Below are positions 1-10,021 of a DNA stretch of 64,000 bases, piece by piece; positions within the stretch are counted from its first letter, which is position 1, and each line of letters starts with the position of its first letter. A program made the position numbers and the translations under genes. The notes beneath the pieces are model-generated. The model had not been told where the DNA came from, made no database searches, and saw nothing but the letters and a program-made list of their open reading frames with translations. The stretch lies in the NCBI GenBank assembly GCA_045627885.1, contig JAZQOM010000066.1, forward strand, positions 8,673-72,672, written 5' to 3'. The DNA comes from Eubacteriales bacterium. GTDB taxonomy: Bacteria > Bacillota > Clostridia > Oscillospirales > CAG-272.

Positions 1-1104
1 GAGGATTTGCTCGGCACGACGGGATACGGCTACAACGACCGCGGCAGGGATAAGCTCGAGGAAATTTACGCTTATCTGTTCGGCGCGGAGAGCGCCTATG
101 TCCGTCACACCATAATATCGGGCACTCACGCTCTCGCACTCGGACTTTTCGGGCTGTTAAGACCGAACGATGTTATGCTTTCGATAACGGGCAAGCCCTA
201 CGACACTCTCAACAAGCTTGTCGGCGGCGGAAGCGAAAGCGGCGACGGCACGCTTGCGGAATTCGGGATAAAATACAGGCAGACAGAGCTTATAAACGGC
301 GAAAAAATAGACTACGCCGCACTTGAAAAGGTGCTCACTCCCGATGTAAAGCTTGTATATCTTCAGCGCTCAAAGGGCTATCTTGACCGCGTGACGCTCT
401 CGTCCGAAGAGATAGGAGAGGCGGTAAAATTCGTAAAGGCACGCTCAAGCGCTTATGTTGTTGTGGACAACTGCTACGGACTTTTTACGGAAGAAAAAGA
501 GCCCACGCATTACGGCGCCGACCTTTGCATCGGCTCTCTTATAAAGAACGCCGGCGGTGGCGTCGCAAGGACGGGCGGCTATATAGTCGGCACAAAAAGG
601 GCGGTGGAGCTTGCCGCATACAGAGCTACGGCTCCGGGCATCGGTGCGGAATGCGGCGCAAGCCTTGACGAAAACAAGTTTTTGTATAAGGGACTTTTTA
701 TGGCTCCGCACACGGTAGCTCAGGCGCTCAAAACAAGCGTATTCGCGGCGGCTTTATTTGAAAAGCTCGGCTACGGAACGCTTCCCAAGGCAAGTGAGCC
801 GAGGTACGATATAATTCAGATGATTCGCCTTTCTTCGTCGGAAAAGCTCTGCGCGTTTTGCAGAGGGCTCCAGGCGGCATCGCCGATAGATTCGTTTGCA
901 GAGCCCGTACCCGACGATATGGCGGGATATTCGGACAAGATAATCATGGCGGCGGGCGCATTCGTTATGGGCTCATCAATAGAGCTTTCCGCGGACGCTC
1001 CCCTGAAAGCGCCGTACAATGTATATATGCAGGGCGGTCTGACTTATGAAAGCGGCAAGCTCGGCATCATGTCTGCGGCAAGCGCAGTTGAAGAAATAAA
1101 GTAA
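1..1104 (+). CDS. PLP-dependent methionine gamma-lyase family protein (YnbB / aluminium-resistance family), 5' end cut by window edge
   Basis: Frame is open from nt 1 (ORF track 7..1104). Motifs TGYGYNDRGRDKLEEIYA, ISGTHAL and GSLIKNAGGG fit this family. Lies directly upstream of metA. Confidence 0.8.
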   Translation, partial: EDLLGTTGYGYNDRGRDKLEEIYAYLFGAESAYVRHTIISGTHALALGLFGLLRPNDVMLSITGKPYDTLNKLVGGGSESGDGTLAEFGIKYRQTELINGEKIDYAALEKVLTPDVKLVYLQRSKGYLDRVTLSSEEIGEAVKFVKARSSAYVVVDNCYGLFTEEKEPTHYGADLCIGSLIKNAGGGVARTGGYIVGTKRAVELAAYRATAPGIGAECGASLDENKFLYKGLFMAPHTVAQALKTSVFAAALFEKLGYGTLPKASEPRYDIIQMIRLSSSEKLCAFCRGLQAASPIDSFAEPVPDDMAGYSDKIIMAAGAFVMGSSIELSADAPLKAPYNVYMQGGLTYESGKLGIMSAASAVEEIK

Positions 1105-1119
1105 AAGGACGGTAACGAT

Positions 1120-2043
1120 ATGCCGATAAAACTTCCCGAAGGTCTTCCGGCAATAGAAGCCCTCAAGCGCGAAAATGTGTTTACCATTACGCACACGAGA
1201 GCAAGTATGCAGGATATTCGACCTTTAAGAATAGCGATTCTCAATTTAATGCCGAATAAAGTCGTCACGGAAACACAGCTTTGCCGTGCGCTTTCAAATA
1301 CATCCCTGCAGGTCGAGCTGACGCTTCTGTATCCCTCAAGCCACAAGTCGCTCCACACCTCGGACGAGTATATCGAACAGTTTTACCGTTCGACGCAGGA
1401 TGTCGAAAACGAAAAATTCGACGGACTTATCATCACGGGCGCTCCCGTGGAAAGGCTCGACTTTTCCGAGGTCAACTATTGGGACGAGCTTTGCAGGCTC
1501 AACGAATGGAGCAAGACGAATGTTTGGTCTACAATGTATATCTGCTGGGCGGCGTTTGCCGGACTTTATATGAATTACGGAATTCCCAAAGTGCCGCTCG
1601 AAAAGAAGCTTTCCGGAGTATATGAGCATGAGCTTCTCGTATCGACGCACGAGCTTGTCAGAGGTTTTAACGACAGATTTCTGGTTCCTCATTCCCGCTG
1701 GTCGGAGTCATATCCCGAGGATATAGAAAAATGCCCCGACCTCGATATTCTCGCGCGTTCCGAAAAGGCGGGCATATATCTTGTCGCATCGAAGGACAAT
1801 CGCAGATTTTATGTTATGGGGCATTCGGAGTACGACCACGACACGCTTGATTTCGAATATCGCAGAGACAGCGCGAAAGACCCGTCAACGCCGATTCCCG
1901 AGAACTATTATCCCGACGACGACCCGACGAAAAGACCGCTCAACAGATGGCGCTCGCACGCTAATCTGATGTTCTCGAACTGGCTCAACTACTTCGTATA
2001 TCAGGAAACGCCGTACGACCTGCGCGAAATCGGTAAAAAATAA
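1120..2043 (+). CDS. metA: homoserine O-acyltransferase MetA
   Basis: The 307-aa product starts MPIKLPEGLPAIEALKRENVF and contains RIAILNLMPNK, the characteristic MetA N-terminus. Length is right for MetA. Confidence 0.93.
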   Translation: MPIKLPEGLPAIEALKRENVFTITHTRASMQDIRPLRIAILNLMPNKVVTETQLCRALSNTSLQVELTLLYPSSHKSLHTSDEYIEQFYRSTQDVENEKFDGLIITGAPVERLDFSEVNYWDELCRLNEWSKTNVWSTMYICWAAFAGLYMNYGIPKVPLEKKLSGVYEHELLVSTHELVRGFNDRFLVPHSRWSESYPEDIEKCPDLDILARSEKAGIYLVASKDNRRFYVMGHSEYDHDTLDFEYRRDSAKDPSTPIPENYYPDDDPTKRPLNRWRSHANLMFSNWLNYFVYQETPYDLREIGKK

Positions 2044-2054
2044 AGGAGAATCAC

Positions 2055-3314
2055 ATGACCGACATCTCATCGCCTCTTGCCGACAGATTAAGGCCGCAGA
2101 GCTTTGACGATATTGCGGGACAGCAAAAGCTGTTCGGCAAGAACGGCATCGTCCGCAGACTGTGTGAAAACGGCAAGTTTACCAATATGATATTCTACGG
2201 TCCGTCCGGAACGGGCAAGACGACGGCGGCAAACATAATAGCAAAGATGTCGGGAATGCCGCTTTATAAGCTCAACGCCACAACTGCATCGCTTGCCGAT
2301 GTAAAAGAAGTGGTTTCGCAGACGGAGCAGATGTTTGCAAGCAAAGGACTTCTTTTATATCTCGACGAGATACAGTATTTTAACAAAAAGCAGCAGCAGA
2401 GCCTGCTCGAATACATTGAGGACGGCAGAATAACGCTTATCGCGTCAACGACGGAGAATCCGAGATTTTATGTATATGCGGCTCTGCTTTCGCGAAGTAA
2501 TATTTTTGAATTTAAGCCCGTATGCAAGGATGATATCATTCCCGTTTTGAGGCGTGCGACGGATACTCTGAACGCCGAAACGGGAAGAAAAGTCACGGCG
2601 GGAGAGGGAGCGTTCGAGCATATTGCCGCGGTATGCGGCGGCGATGTAAGGCGTTCTCTCAATATTCTCGAAAGCGCATACACCGCCGAAGCAAGCGATG
2701 TTCTCACAAAGGAAACGGTGGAGGCTTTGTGCGAATGCGCATCGTCGAATTACGACAGAAACGGCGACGAGCACTATGACCTTTTGTCTGCCTTGCAGAA
2801 ATCCATACGCGGCTCAGACCCCGACGCCGCGGTGTTCTATCTTGCGAGACTGCTTGATTCCGGCGACCTTTTGTCTCCGTGCCGCAGGCTTCTTGTTATT
2901 GCAAACGAGGATATAGGGCTTGCCCATTCGCAGGCGGCGGTTGTAACAAAAGCCTGCGTTGACAGTGCGCTTCAGCTCGGATTGCCGGAAGCGCAGATTC
3001 CGCTTGCTCACGCGACGGTGCTTCTTGCGACTTCGCCAAAGTCAAACAGCGCATATAAGGCACTGTTTGCGGCAAAGGCGGCGATAGAGGCGGGCAAGGG
3101 CAGAACATTTCCGCGCGCATTGCAGAATATGCACCTTGACGGCGAGGAAAGCGCGTCCAAAGGGCAGAATTACAAATATCCTCACGATTACCCGAATTCG
3201 TATGTTTCCCAGCAATATCTTCCCGACGACCTGAAAAACGAGAAGTTTTATCATTACGGCGCAAACAAGAATGAGATTGCGGCGAAGGAATATTGGGAGA
3301 AGATAAAAAAATAA
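2055..3314 (+). CDS. rarA: replication-associated recombination protein A (AAA+ ATPase RarA/MgsA)
   Basis: LADRLRPQSFDDIAGQ N-terminus, Walker A GPSGTGKTT and an MgsA C-terminal region. AGGAG RBS before the ATG. Confidence 0.93.
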   Translation: MTDISSPLADRLRPQSFDDIAGQQKLFGKNGIVRRLCENGKFTNMIFYGPSGTGKTTAANIIAKMSGMPLYKLNATTASLADVKEVVSQTEQMFASKGLLLYLDEIQYFNKKQQQSLLEYIEDGRITLIASTTENPRFYVYAALLSRSNIFEFKPVCKDDIIPVLRRATDTLNAETGRKVTAGEGAFEHIAAVCGGDVRRSLNILESAYTAEASDVLTKETVEALCECASSNYDRNGDEHYDLLSALQKSIRGSDPDAAVFYLARLLDSGDLLSPCRRLLVIANEDIGLAHSQAAVVTKACVDSALQLGLPEAQIPLAHATVLLATSPKSNSAYKALFAAKAAIEAGKGRTFPRALQNMHLDGEESASKGQNYKYPHDYPNSYVSQQYLPDDLKNEKFYHYGANKNEIAAKEYWEKIKK

Positions 3315-3491
3315 GCCGTTGATTACACCAACAGCCACGCCGCAAGATAAAATTCGAACTGCTTTGCTGTCTTCGTCGTGCTACGCTCGGACTTACAGAC
3401 AAGTAAGCCTCTCGCTTGTGCGGGCGTTCTTTCGCGCTCTGCGGCGTTCTGATGCGGCTTATTTCCCGTTATCGGTTTTTTCGACAAACAA

Positions 3492-3536
3492 AAATCAGGC
3501 AGTTTTGCTTTTGCAAAACTGCCTGATTTGATTTTT
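3492..3536. terminator. bidirectional intrinsic terminator between rarA and mscL
   Basis: Perfect 17-bp stem (3492-3508 / 3513-3529) with a 4-nt loop. An A-run lies upstream and a T-run downstream. Confidence 0.85.
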
Positions 3537-3541
3537 ACGCT

Positions 3542-4015
3542 TTATTTTCTTTCTTTGAGCAGGTCTCTTATCTCGGTAAGGAGAACTTCTTCGTTTGACG
3601 GAGCGGGAGCGGCTTCTTCAGCTACAGCTTCCTCTTCCTTCTTCTTTTTGAGCGACTCGGCTTTTTCTTTTGCCTTTGTAAATACTCTTATCACGATGAA
3701 AATGCAGAGCGCAATCAGAAGAAAATCAACTATCGTCTGTATGAGATTACCGTAGTTTACGGCAACCTCTGCGACTGCGGGAGTAATTTCTGCGCCGGCT
3801 TCGTCCAAAACGGCGGCCTTTGCCGGAGTGAGTACCCATTTCCACGCGGAGACATCAAGACCGCCGACGAGCTTGCCGATAAGCGGCATTATGATATCAT
3901 TTACAAGCGATGTCGTGATTTTTCCGAATGCGCCGCCGACAACTACGCCGACTGCCATATCGAGAACATTTCCTTTGTTGATGAACGCTTTGAAATCTTC
4001 GATAAACTTCTTCAT
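3542..4015 (-). CDS. mscL: large-conductance mechanosensitive channel MscL
   Basis: FKAFINKGNVLDMAVGVVVGGAFGKI N-terminal signature. Product has two TM helices and a charged C-terminal tail. Confidence 0.93.
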   Translation of the reverse strand: MKKFIEDFKAFINKGNVLDMAVGVVVGGAFGKITTSLVNDIIMPLIGKLVGGLDVSAWKWVLTPAKAAVLDEAGAEITPAVAEVAVNYGNLIQTIVDFLLIALCIFIVIRVFTKAKEKAESLKKKKEEEAVAEEAAPAPSNEEVLLTEIRDLLKERK

Positions 4016-4047
4016 TTTTTCCTATTCCTCTCTGAAAAATTATTTAA

Positions 4048-5451
4048 TTAAAATTCAAGCTCTTTGTCAAGGAATGTGCACAGCTCGGATATGGGCATAC
4101 GAACCTGCTCCATGCTGTCGCGATATCTTACGGTAACACAGTTGTCTTCAAGGCTGTCGAAGTCGTAGGTGACGCAGAACGGAGTTCCGATTTCGTCCTC
4201 TCTGCGGTATCTCTTGCCTATCGAGCCGGAGTCGTCAAAGTCGCACATATACTTCTTTGAGAGCATATCGAACACTTCGCTCGCCTTTTCCGAGAGCTTC
4301 TTGGAAAGCGGCAGAACGGCGCACTTTATGGGCGCAAGCGCCGGATGCAGATGCATTACAACTCTCGTGTCGTTCTTCTCCGCATCGACAATTTCCTCGT
4401 CGTAGGCGTCGCACAGAACAGCGAGAACGCTTCTCTCAACGCCGAGTGACGGCTCGACTACATAGGGAATGTAGTGCTCGTTCTTCTCCTGGTCGAAGTA
4501 TGTCAAATCCTGTCTTGATTCGTTCTGATGCTGTGTTAAGTCGTAGTCCGTTCTGTCGGCAACGCCCCAGAGCTCGCCCCAGCCGAACGGGAACAGGAAT
4601 TCAAAGTCGGTTGTTGCCTTGGAGTAGAAGCAGAGCTCCTCGGGGTCGTGGTCTCTTAAGCGGATGTTTTCGTCCTTAAGACCTATCGAGAGCAGCCAGT
4701 TGTGGCAGAAGCTTCTCCAATAATTGGACCATTCGAGGTCGGTGCCGGGCTCGCAGAAGAATTCGAGCTCCATCTGTTCAAATTCGCGCACGCGGAAAAT
4801 GAAGTTTCCGGGTGTTATCTCGTTTCTGAACGATTTTCCTATCTGTCCGATACCGAAGGGGAGCTTTCTTCTCGTGGTACGCTGAACATTGACGAAGTTC
4901 GTAAAGATGCCCTGCGCCGTTTCGGGGCGGAGATAAACCGTGTTCTTTGCGTCCTCGGTAACGCCCTGAAATGTTTTGAACATAAGGTTAAACTGTCTTA
5001 TATCCGTGAAATTGTGCTTCTTGCAGGAGGGGCAGGGAATGTTGTTGGATTCGATAAACTCCTTCATTTCAGCCTGCGAAAAGGCATCTATCGGCTTTTC
5101 GAGAGTGATTCCGCTTTCTGCGGCGTAGTCCTCGATAATTTTGTCGGCGCGGAAGCGCTCGTGACATTCGCGGCAGTCCATGAGCGGGTCGGAAAAGCCC
5201 TTGAGGTGACCGCTTGCCACCCAGGTCTGCGGATTCATCAAAATTGCGGCGTCAAGTCCGACATTGTACTTGTTCTCCTGAACGAACTTTTTCCACCATG
5301 CGCGTTTTACATTGTTCTTGAGCTCTACGCCCAAAGGGCCGTAGTCCCAGGTGTTTGCGAGTCCGCCGTATATTTCGGAGCCGGGGAATATAAATCCTCT
5401 GTTTTTGCAGAGCGCGACGATTTTGTCCATCGTCTTTTCGGTATTGTTCAT
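4048..5451 (-). CDS. glyQS: glycine--tRNA ligase (single-chain GlyQS type)
   Basis: 467 aa with [24 protein letters not shown] and class II aaRS motifs. AGGAG sits 7 nt before the ATG. Confidence 0.95.
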   Translation of the reverse strand: MNNTEKTMDKIVALCKNRGFIFPGSEIYGGLANTWDYGPLGVELKNNVKRAWWKKFVQENKYNVGLDAAILMNPQTWVASGHLKGFSDPLMDCRECHERFRADKIIEDYAAESGITLEKPIDAFSQAEMKEFIESNNIPCPSCKKHNFTDIRQFNLMFKTFQGVTEDAKNTVYLRPETAQGIFTNFVNVQRTTRRKLPFGIGQIGKSFRNEITPGNFIFRVREFEQMELEFFCEPGTDLEWSNYWRSFCHNWLLSIGLKDENIRLRDHDPEELCFYSKATTDFEFLFPFGWGELWGVADRTDYDLTQHQNESRQDLTYFDQEKNEHYIPYVVEPSLGVERSVLAVLCDAYDEEIVDAEKNDTRVVMHLHPALAPIKCAVLPLSKKLSEKASEVFDMLSKKYMCDFDDSGSIGKRYRREDEIGTPFCVTYDFDSLEDNCVTVRYRDSMEQVRMPISELCTFLDKELEF

Positions 5452-5463
5452 TGTAACTCTCCT

Positions 5464-6003
5464 TTAGTTGAAGAAAATCGGAAGCTGTCCGAGATTTATT
5501 ATATCTTTTCTTTCCTGCGCGTCGCCCTCGACGAGTATTGCCATTCTGCCGACGATGTTGCCGCCGACCGCATTTACAAGCGTTTCGAGTGCGTTGAGGC
5601 TTTCGCCCGTGGAAATTACATCATCGACTATGACAACTCTCTTGCCCTTCATCGCTTCGGCATCCTTTTTGTCGATGTAAAGCGTCTGCGTTGTCGGCGT
5701 GGTTATCGAATTGACCTTTACCGCAACGGGGTCTTTCATATACACCTTAAGAGCCTTTCTTGCAAGAAGATAGGTCTCGTTCATCTGGCGTGCCATCTCG
5801 TAGGCAAGCGGAATACCCTTGCTCTCTGCGGTGATGATGATATCGTGCTCGGGAATCTTTTTTACAAGCTCCTTTGCGCAGGCGACCGTAAGCTCGACAT
5901 CGCCGAAGATTACGAAAGCGCCTATCGAAAGCTTGTCATTGAGCTTGCATATCGGCAGGTTTCTTTTTAAGCCTGCAATTTCCATTGTGTAAAATTCGTC
6001 CAT
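5464..6003 (-). CDS. purine (adenine/xanthine-type) phosphoribosyltransferase family protein
   Basis: PRPP-binding loop VVIVDDVISTGESL. GGAGG sits 7 nt upstream of the ATG. Substrate not assignable from sequence. Confidence 0.75.
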   Translation of the reverse strand: MDEFYTMEIAGLKRNLPICKLNDKLSIGAFVIFGDVELTVACAKELVKKIPEHDIIITAESKGIPLAYEMARQMNETYLLARKALKVYMKDPVAVKVNSITTPTTQTLYIDKKDAEAMKGKRVVIVDDVISTGESLNALETLVNAVGGNIVGRMAILVEGDAQERKDIINLGQLPIFFN

Positions 6004-6016
6004 TTTATTTCCTCCG

Positions 6017-6355
6017 TTAAGCCATTTTTTCGGAGAGCTTTGTTCCTCCGAGCAGGTGAAAATGTATGTGCTTTACGCTTTGACAACCGTCTTCGCCGCA
6101 GTTGGTGATAACGCGATATCCGTTTGAAAGCCCGCATTTTTTCGCAATTTCGGGAATTTTCTCGAAAATGTATGCGATGCTTGCACTGTTTTGCTCATTT
6201 ATCGCATCTGCGGAAGGAATATGCTCCTTCGGGATAATCACAACATGAACGGGAGCCTGGGGCGCTATATCGTAAAACGCCTTGAGCTTTTCGTCCTCGT
6301 ACACGGTTTTTGAGGGGATTTCTCCCGCGATTATTTTACAAAAAATGCAGTCCAT
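6017..6355 (-). CDS. HIT family (histidine triad) nucleotide-binding protein
   Basis: Starts MDCIFCKIIAGEIPS and carries the HIHFHLLGG histidine triad. The start was moved from the ORF-track 6442 to the ATG at 6355, which has a GGAGGG RBS. The longer form would overlap alaS. Confidence 0.9.
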   Translation of the reverse strand: MDCIFCKIIAGEIPSKTVYEDEKLKAFYDIAPQAPVHVVIIPKEHIPSADAINEQNSASIAYIFEKIPEIAKKCGLSNGYRVITNCGEDGCQSVKHIHFHLLGGTKLSEKMA

Positions 6356-6365
6356 ATTGCCCTCC

Positions 6366-8990
6366 TTATTTTGCGAGAGCTTCGCGTACCGCCGCGAGAG
6401 CCTCGTCCGCTTTTTCGCAAATCTTGCCGCCCGCGGTTGCACTGTCGGGGCGTCCGCCGCCTCCGCCGCCGGCTATTGCGGCAATCTTCTTTACGATGTT
6501 GCCTGCCGATGCACCTGCCTTTACGGCATCGCTTCCGCAACCTGCGACAAATGTGAGCTTGCCGTCGGAAAGAACCGCGAATACGCAAACCGCATTCTTG
6601 TCGAGGTCTTTTATAAAGTCGCTGACCGTTCTTGCGTAATCTACACTCGTATTCTCAAACTTCTTTACGGAGAGGTTGAACTGACCGAGCTTTTCAGCCG
6701 AAGCTACAAGCGATGCCGCGTCAGCCTTTGCGGCGTTCTTCGCGGATGCCTCTAACTTTGCCTTGAGCTCTTTTTCTTCGTCAAGCACGGCTTGAGCACG
6801 CTTTGCGATATCGGCGCGGCTCTGTGCCTTGAGAATTGCCGCGGTCTTTTCGATAAGCTCCTCGTCCCGCTTCATTATTGCAAGAACACCGCTGCCTGTC
6901 GTGCATTCGATTCTTCTCACGCCTGCCGCAACGGAGCTTTCGGAGATAATCTTGAAAAGTCCGAGCTTCGCAATCTCGTCGATATGAGTGCCGCCGCAGA
7001 GCTCCGTGGAAAAGTCTCCCATCTTGACCATGCGGACGACCTTGCCGTACTTTTCGCCAAACAGAGCCATCGCTCCGTTTTTCTTGGCGGTCTCGATATC
7101 AGTCTCGATTGTTTCGACGGCAGTGCCCGTCATTATTTCCTCGTTTACAAGCGCTTCAACCTTTGCAATCTCCTCTGCCGTCATGGGGGCAAAGTGCGAG
7201 AAGTCGAATCTGCCTCTTTCGGCATCGACATAGGAGCCCGCTTGCTCGACATGAGAGCCGAGAACCTTTCTCAAAGCCGCCTGCAAAAGATGCAGGGCGC
7301 TGTGATTTCTTCTTATCGCTTCGCGCTTCTTTGCGTCTATTTCAAGCGTGAGCTCGTCGCCGACCTTCAAAGAGCCGGAAGCGACGGAAACAATGTGAAT
7401 ATATACTCCGTCAGTCTTTTTGGTGTCGTTTACCGCAAGCGTTACGCTCTGCGAATAAGCGGAGCCGGTGTCGCCGACCTGACCGCCGCCCTCTCCGTAG
7501 AATACGGTCTTGTCGAATATAACGGAGCATTCGCCTTCGCTTATTTCGTCAACCGTGCTGTCGTCGGAGATTATCGCAAGCACCTTTGCCTTGCAGGAAT
7601 AGTCGGTGTAGCCGCAGAATTCCGTCTTTGCAAGTCCGGCAAGAGCGGTTTTTGATGCGTCGCTCCAGCCGCTTATGTTGGCTCTTGCCTTGCGGGCGCG
7701 CTCCTTCTGTTCTTTCATAAGCTCAGCAAAGGCGTCTTCGTCAACGCTCATTCCGTTTTCTGCCGCTATCTCCTTTGTCAAGTCAACTGGGAAGCCGAAT
7801 GTATCGTAGAGCTTGAACGCATCGGCGCCGGATATCGTTTTTTCTCCGTTTTCTTTTGCTTTTTCGGTCACACTTGCGAGAATTGCAAGTCCGGCATCTA
7901 TTGTCGCGTCAAAGCGCTCTTCTTCAATCTGAATGACTTTTTTGATGTAATCCTGCTTTTCGGTAAGCTCGGGATATGCGCCCGCGTTGCAGCCGATGAC
8001 GACATCGCAGAGCTTGCAGAGGAATTCGCCTTTTATTCCGAGAAGTCTGCCGTGGCGTGCCGCTCTGCGGAGGATTCTTCTCAAAACATAGCCTCTGCCC
8101 TCGTTTGAGGGAATAACGCCGTCGGAAATCATAAATGTTGCGCTTCTTATGTGGTCGGTGACAACTCTTATCGAGATATCGTTTTCGGCGTTGTCGCCGT
8201 ATTGCTTGCCGGAATAACCGCACACGGTGTCAAGAATTTTCCTTACCGTGTCAACCTCAAACAGGTTGTCCACTCCCTGCATAACGCAGGCGAGTCTTTC
8301 AAGTCCCATACCGGTATCAATGTTCTTCTGAACAAGCTCGGTATAGTTGCCCTTGCCGTCGTTGTTGAACTGCGAGAAGACATTGTTCCATATCTCCATA
8401 AATCTGTCGCAGTCACAGCCGGGGCCGCAGTTCGGACTTCCGCAGCCGTACTTTTCGCCTCTGTCAAAGTAAATCTCGGAGCAGGGGCCGCAGGGGCCGC
8501 TTCCGTGCTCCCAGAAGTTATCCTCTTTGCGGAGACGGGTAATCTTTTCGGGCGCAAGCCCTATCTTTTTTGTCCATATATCAAAGGCTTCGTCATCTTT
8601 TTCGTATATTGACGGGAAAAGTCTTTCCGCGGGAATGCCGATGCACTCCGTTAAAAACTCCCAAGCCCAGGTTATGGCTTCTTCTTTGAAGTAATCTCCG
8701 AAGGAGAAGTTGCCGAGCATTTCAAAATATGTTCCGTGACGCGCCGTGTGTCCCACTCTCTCAAGGTCGGGAGTGCGGATGCACTTCTGGCAGGTGGTCA
8801 CGCGGTGGCGCGGAGGCTCTTCCTCGCCGGTGAAAAATTTTTTCATCGGAGCCATTCCGGAGTTGATTAAGAGTAAAGATTTGTCGTTCTGCGGTATGAG
8901 CGAAAAGCTCTTTAAGCGAAGGTGTCCCTTGCTCTCGAAAAACGAAAGATACTTTTCTCTCAGTTCGTTAAGTCCTGTCCATTCCATCAT
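6366..8990 (-). CDS. alaS: alanine--tRNA ligase
   Basis: 874 aa with class II core motifs, an editing domain (HSALHLL) and a C-terminal DHHA1-like GGGGGRPD. Confidence 0.96.
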   Translation of the reverse strand: MMEWTGLNELREKYLSFFESKGHLRLKSFSLIPQNDKSLLLINSGMAPMKKFFTGEEEPPRHRVTTCQKCIRTPDLERVGHTARHGTYFEMLGNFSFGDYFKEEAITWAWEFLTECIGIPAERLFPSIYEKDDEAFDIWTKKIGLAPEKITRLRKEDNFWEHGSGPCGPCSEIYFDRGEKYGCGSPNCGPGCDCDRFMEIWNNVFSQFNNDGKGNYTELVQKNIDTGMGLERLACVMQGVDNLFEVDTVRKILDTVCGYSGKQYGDNAENDISIRVVTDHIRSATFMISDGVIPSNEGRGYVLRRILRRAARHGRLLGIKGEFLCKLCDVVIGCNAGAYPELTEKQDYIKKVIQIEEERFDATIDAGLAILASVTEKAKENGEKTISGADAFKLYDTFGFPVDLTKEIAAENGMSVDEDAFAELMKEQKERARKARANISGWSDASKTALAGLAKTEFCGYTDYSCKAKVLAIISDDSTVDEISEGECSVIFDKTVFYGEGGGQVGDTGSAYSQSVTLAVNDTKKTDGVYIHIVSVASGSLKVGDELTLEIDAKKREAIRRNHSALHLLQAALRKVLGSHVEQAGSYVDAERGRFDFSHFAPMTAEEIAKVEALVNEEIMTGTAVETIETDIETAKKNGAMALFGEKYGKVVRMVKMGDFSTELCGGTHIDEIAKLGLFKIISESSVAAGVRRIECTTGSGVLAIMKRDEELIEKTAAILKAQSRADIAKRAQAVLDEEKELKAKLEASAKNAAKADAASLVASAEKLGQFNLSVKKFENTSVDYARTVSDFIKDLDKNAVCVFAVLSDGKLTFVAGCGSDAVKAGASAGNIVKKIAAIAGGGGGGRPDSATAGGKICEKADEALAAVREALAK

Positions 8991-9131
8991 ATTTACCTCT
9001 TGTGGAAATATTTCTTTTCAATTTAATAATTGTATCACAGAAAACGCCGCGTGTAAATACTTTTTTGGCATCGTTACAATAAAAAGAGGTAGTTTTGTTA
9101 ACATATACATACTGTTTTTACATCTGTCCCC

Positions 9132-9160
9132 TTGATTTTTTTGAGCTTATACGGTATAAT
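9132..9160 (+). promoter_or_regulatory. sigma-A-type promoter for the 9196-11931 operon
   Basis: TTGATT (9132-9137), a 17-nt spacer, then TATAAT (9155-9160). Confidence 0.6.
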
Positions 9161-9195
9161 AAACTGAATAATGATATATAAATGAGGCATAGCTT

Positions 9196-10008
9196 ATGAA
9201 AAAGATTATATATATTGCGGTGGCGCTTCTTCTGTGCGCGTCGCTCCTTGTCTCCTGCACGGGAACGAAAGTCAATATTACGGACGGCAGTAAAGAAACA
9301 TCTGCCGATGTGGAAGATGTTCCGGGAGGCGAGAAAAAAGAAGGCGATAACGGCGAGGGATACGCAAAGCCCGCAACTTTCGCAAGGCTTTATGCCGCGA
9401 TATCCGATTTGAGGAACGATTTTTACGATACGCTCACCGCGTCTCTTGCCGAGGTCAGCGACGACACGCAGCTTTTTATCGACATATACAAGGCAATGGC
9501 GGGGGAATCAACTTTTGTGTATATCTCCACCTGCGGAACGGGCGATGAGAAAATACTCAAAAAGGCACTTTCGGTCGGCGAATATATTGACATCGAGATA
9601 AGCGCGCCGGAGGACGGAGTATGGCGCATAGACCTTAAGGCAAAGACGGACAAGGGATACAGAAAAGGCGGCTTCAATGTCATTTACGACAAAGAGGCGG
9701 ACGGCTTTAAGCTCGACTATTCGGTAGAGGACGGAACCTTCAGGAAGTTTTACGCAAAGCGCGCGCAAAAGGGCTACATAGCGCAATATCTCGACAATAC
9801 GGGACTTTATGTAAGATATATCTTAGGCGATGACGGCACAGGCAAGATGCTTGTCTGCGACAGTACGATGTGGCAAAACGGACTTCCCGACACCGAAGAG
9901 AAATTCGACACGACGGACTTTATACAGCTCTTTGAGCTCACGGGGGACAAGTTCCATTCGATAAGCAACGGAGTAGAGGATACTTATCCCGAGGTCAAGC
10001 CCGAATAG
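9196..10008 (+). CDS. hypothetical lipoprotein
   Basis: Signal peptide with lipobox LLVSC at residue 21. I recognise no family. Confidence 0.7.
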   Translation: MKKIIYIAVALLLCASLLVSCTGTKVNITDGSKETSADVEDVPGGEKKEGDNGEGYAKPATFARLYAAISDLRNDFYDTLTASLAEVSDDTQLFIDIYKAMAGESTFVYISTCGTGDEKILKKALSVGEYIDIEISAPEDGVWRIDLKAKTDKGYRKGGFNVIYDKEADGFKLDYSVEDGTFRKFYAKRAQKGYIAQYLDNTGLYVRYILGDDGTGKMLVCDSTMWQNGLPDTEEKFDTTDFIQLFELTGDKFHSISNGVEDTYPEVKPE

Positions 10009-10021
10009 CGGGGGATTTTAT

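Noticed and set aside
4702-5970. A 422-aa ORF antisense to glyQS and the PRTase gene. Similar long antisense ORFs occur at 6792-7655, 18242-19105, 31111-31998, 44661-45458, 55417-56586, 57589-58359 and 61184-62110.
   Set aside because: Each lies fully opposite a gene with clear family motifs. None has a convincing RBS, and all have low-complexity or atypical composition. These are shadow ORFs produced by the codon bias of the sense strand.
8991-9195. Possible T-box leader upstream of alaS.
   Set aside because: The region is AT-rich with divergent promoters. I found no T-box sequence, specifier-loop architecture or terminator/antiterminator pair by eye. A covariance search would be needed for certainty.
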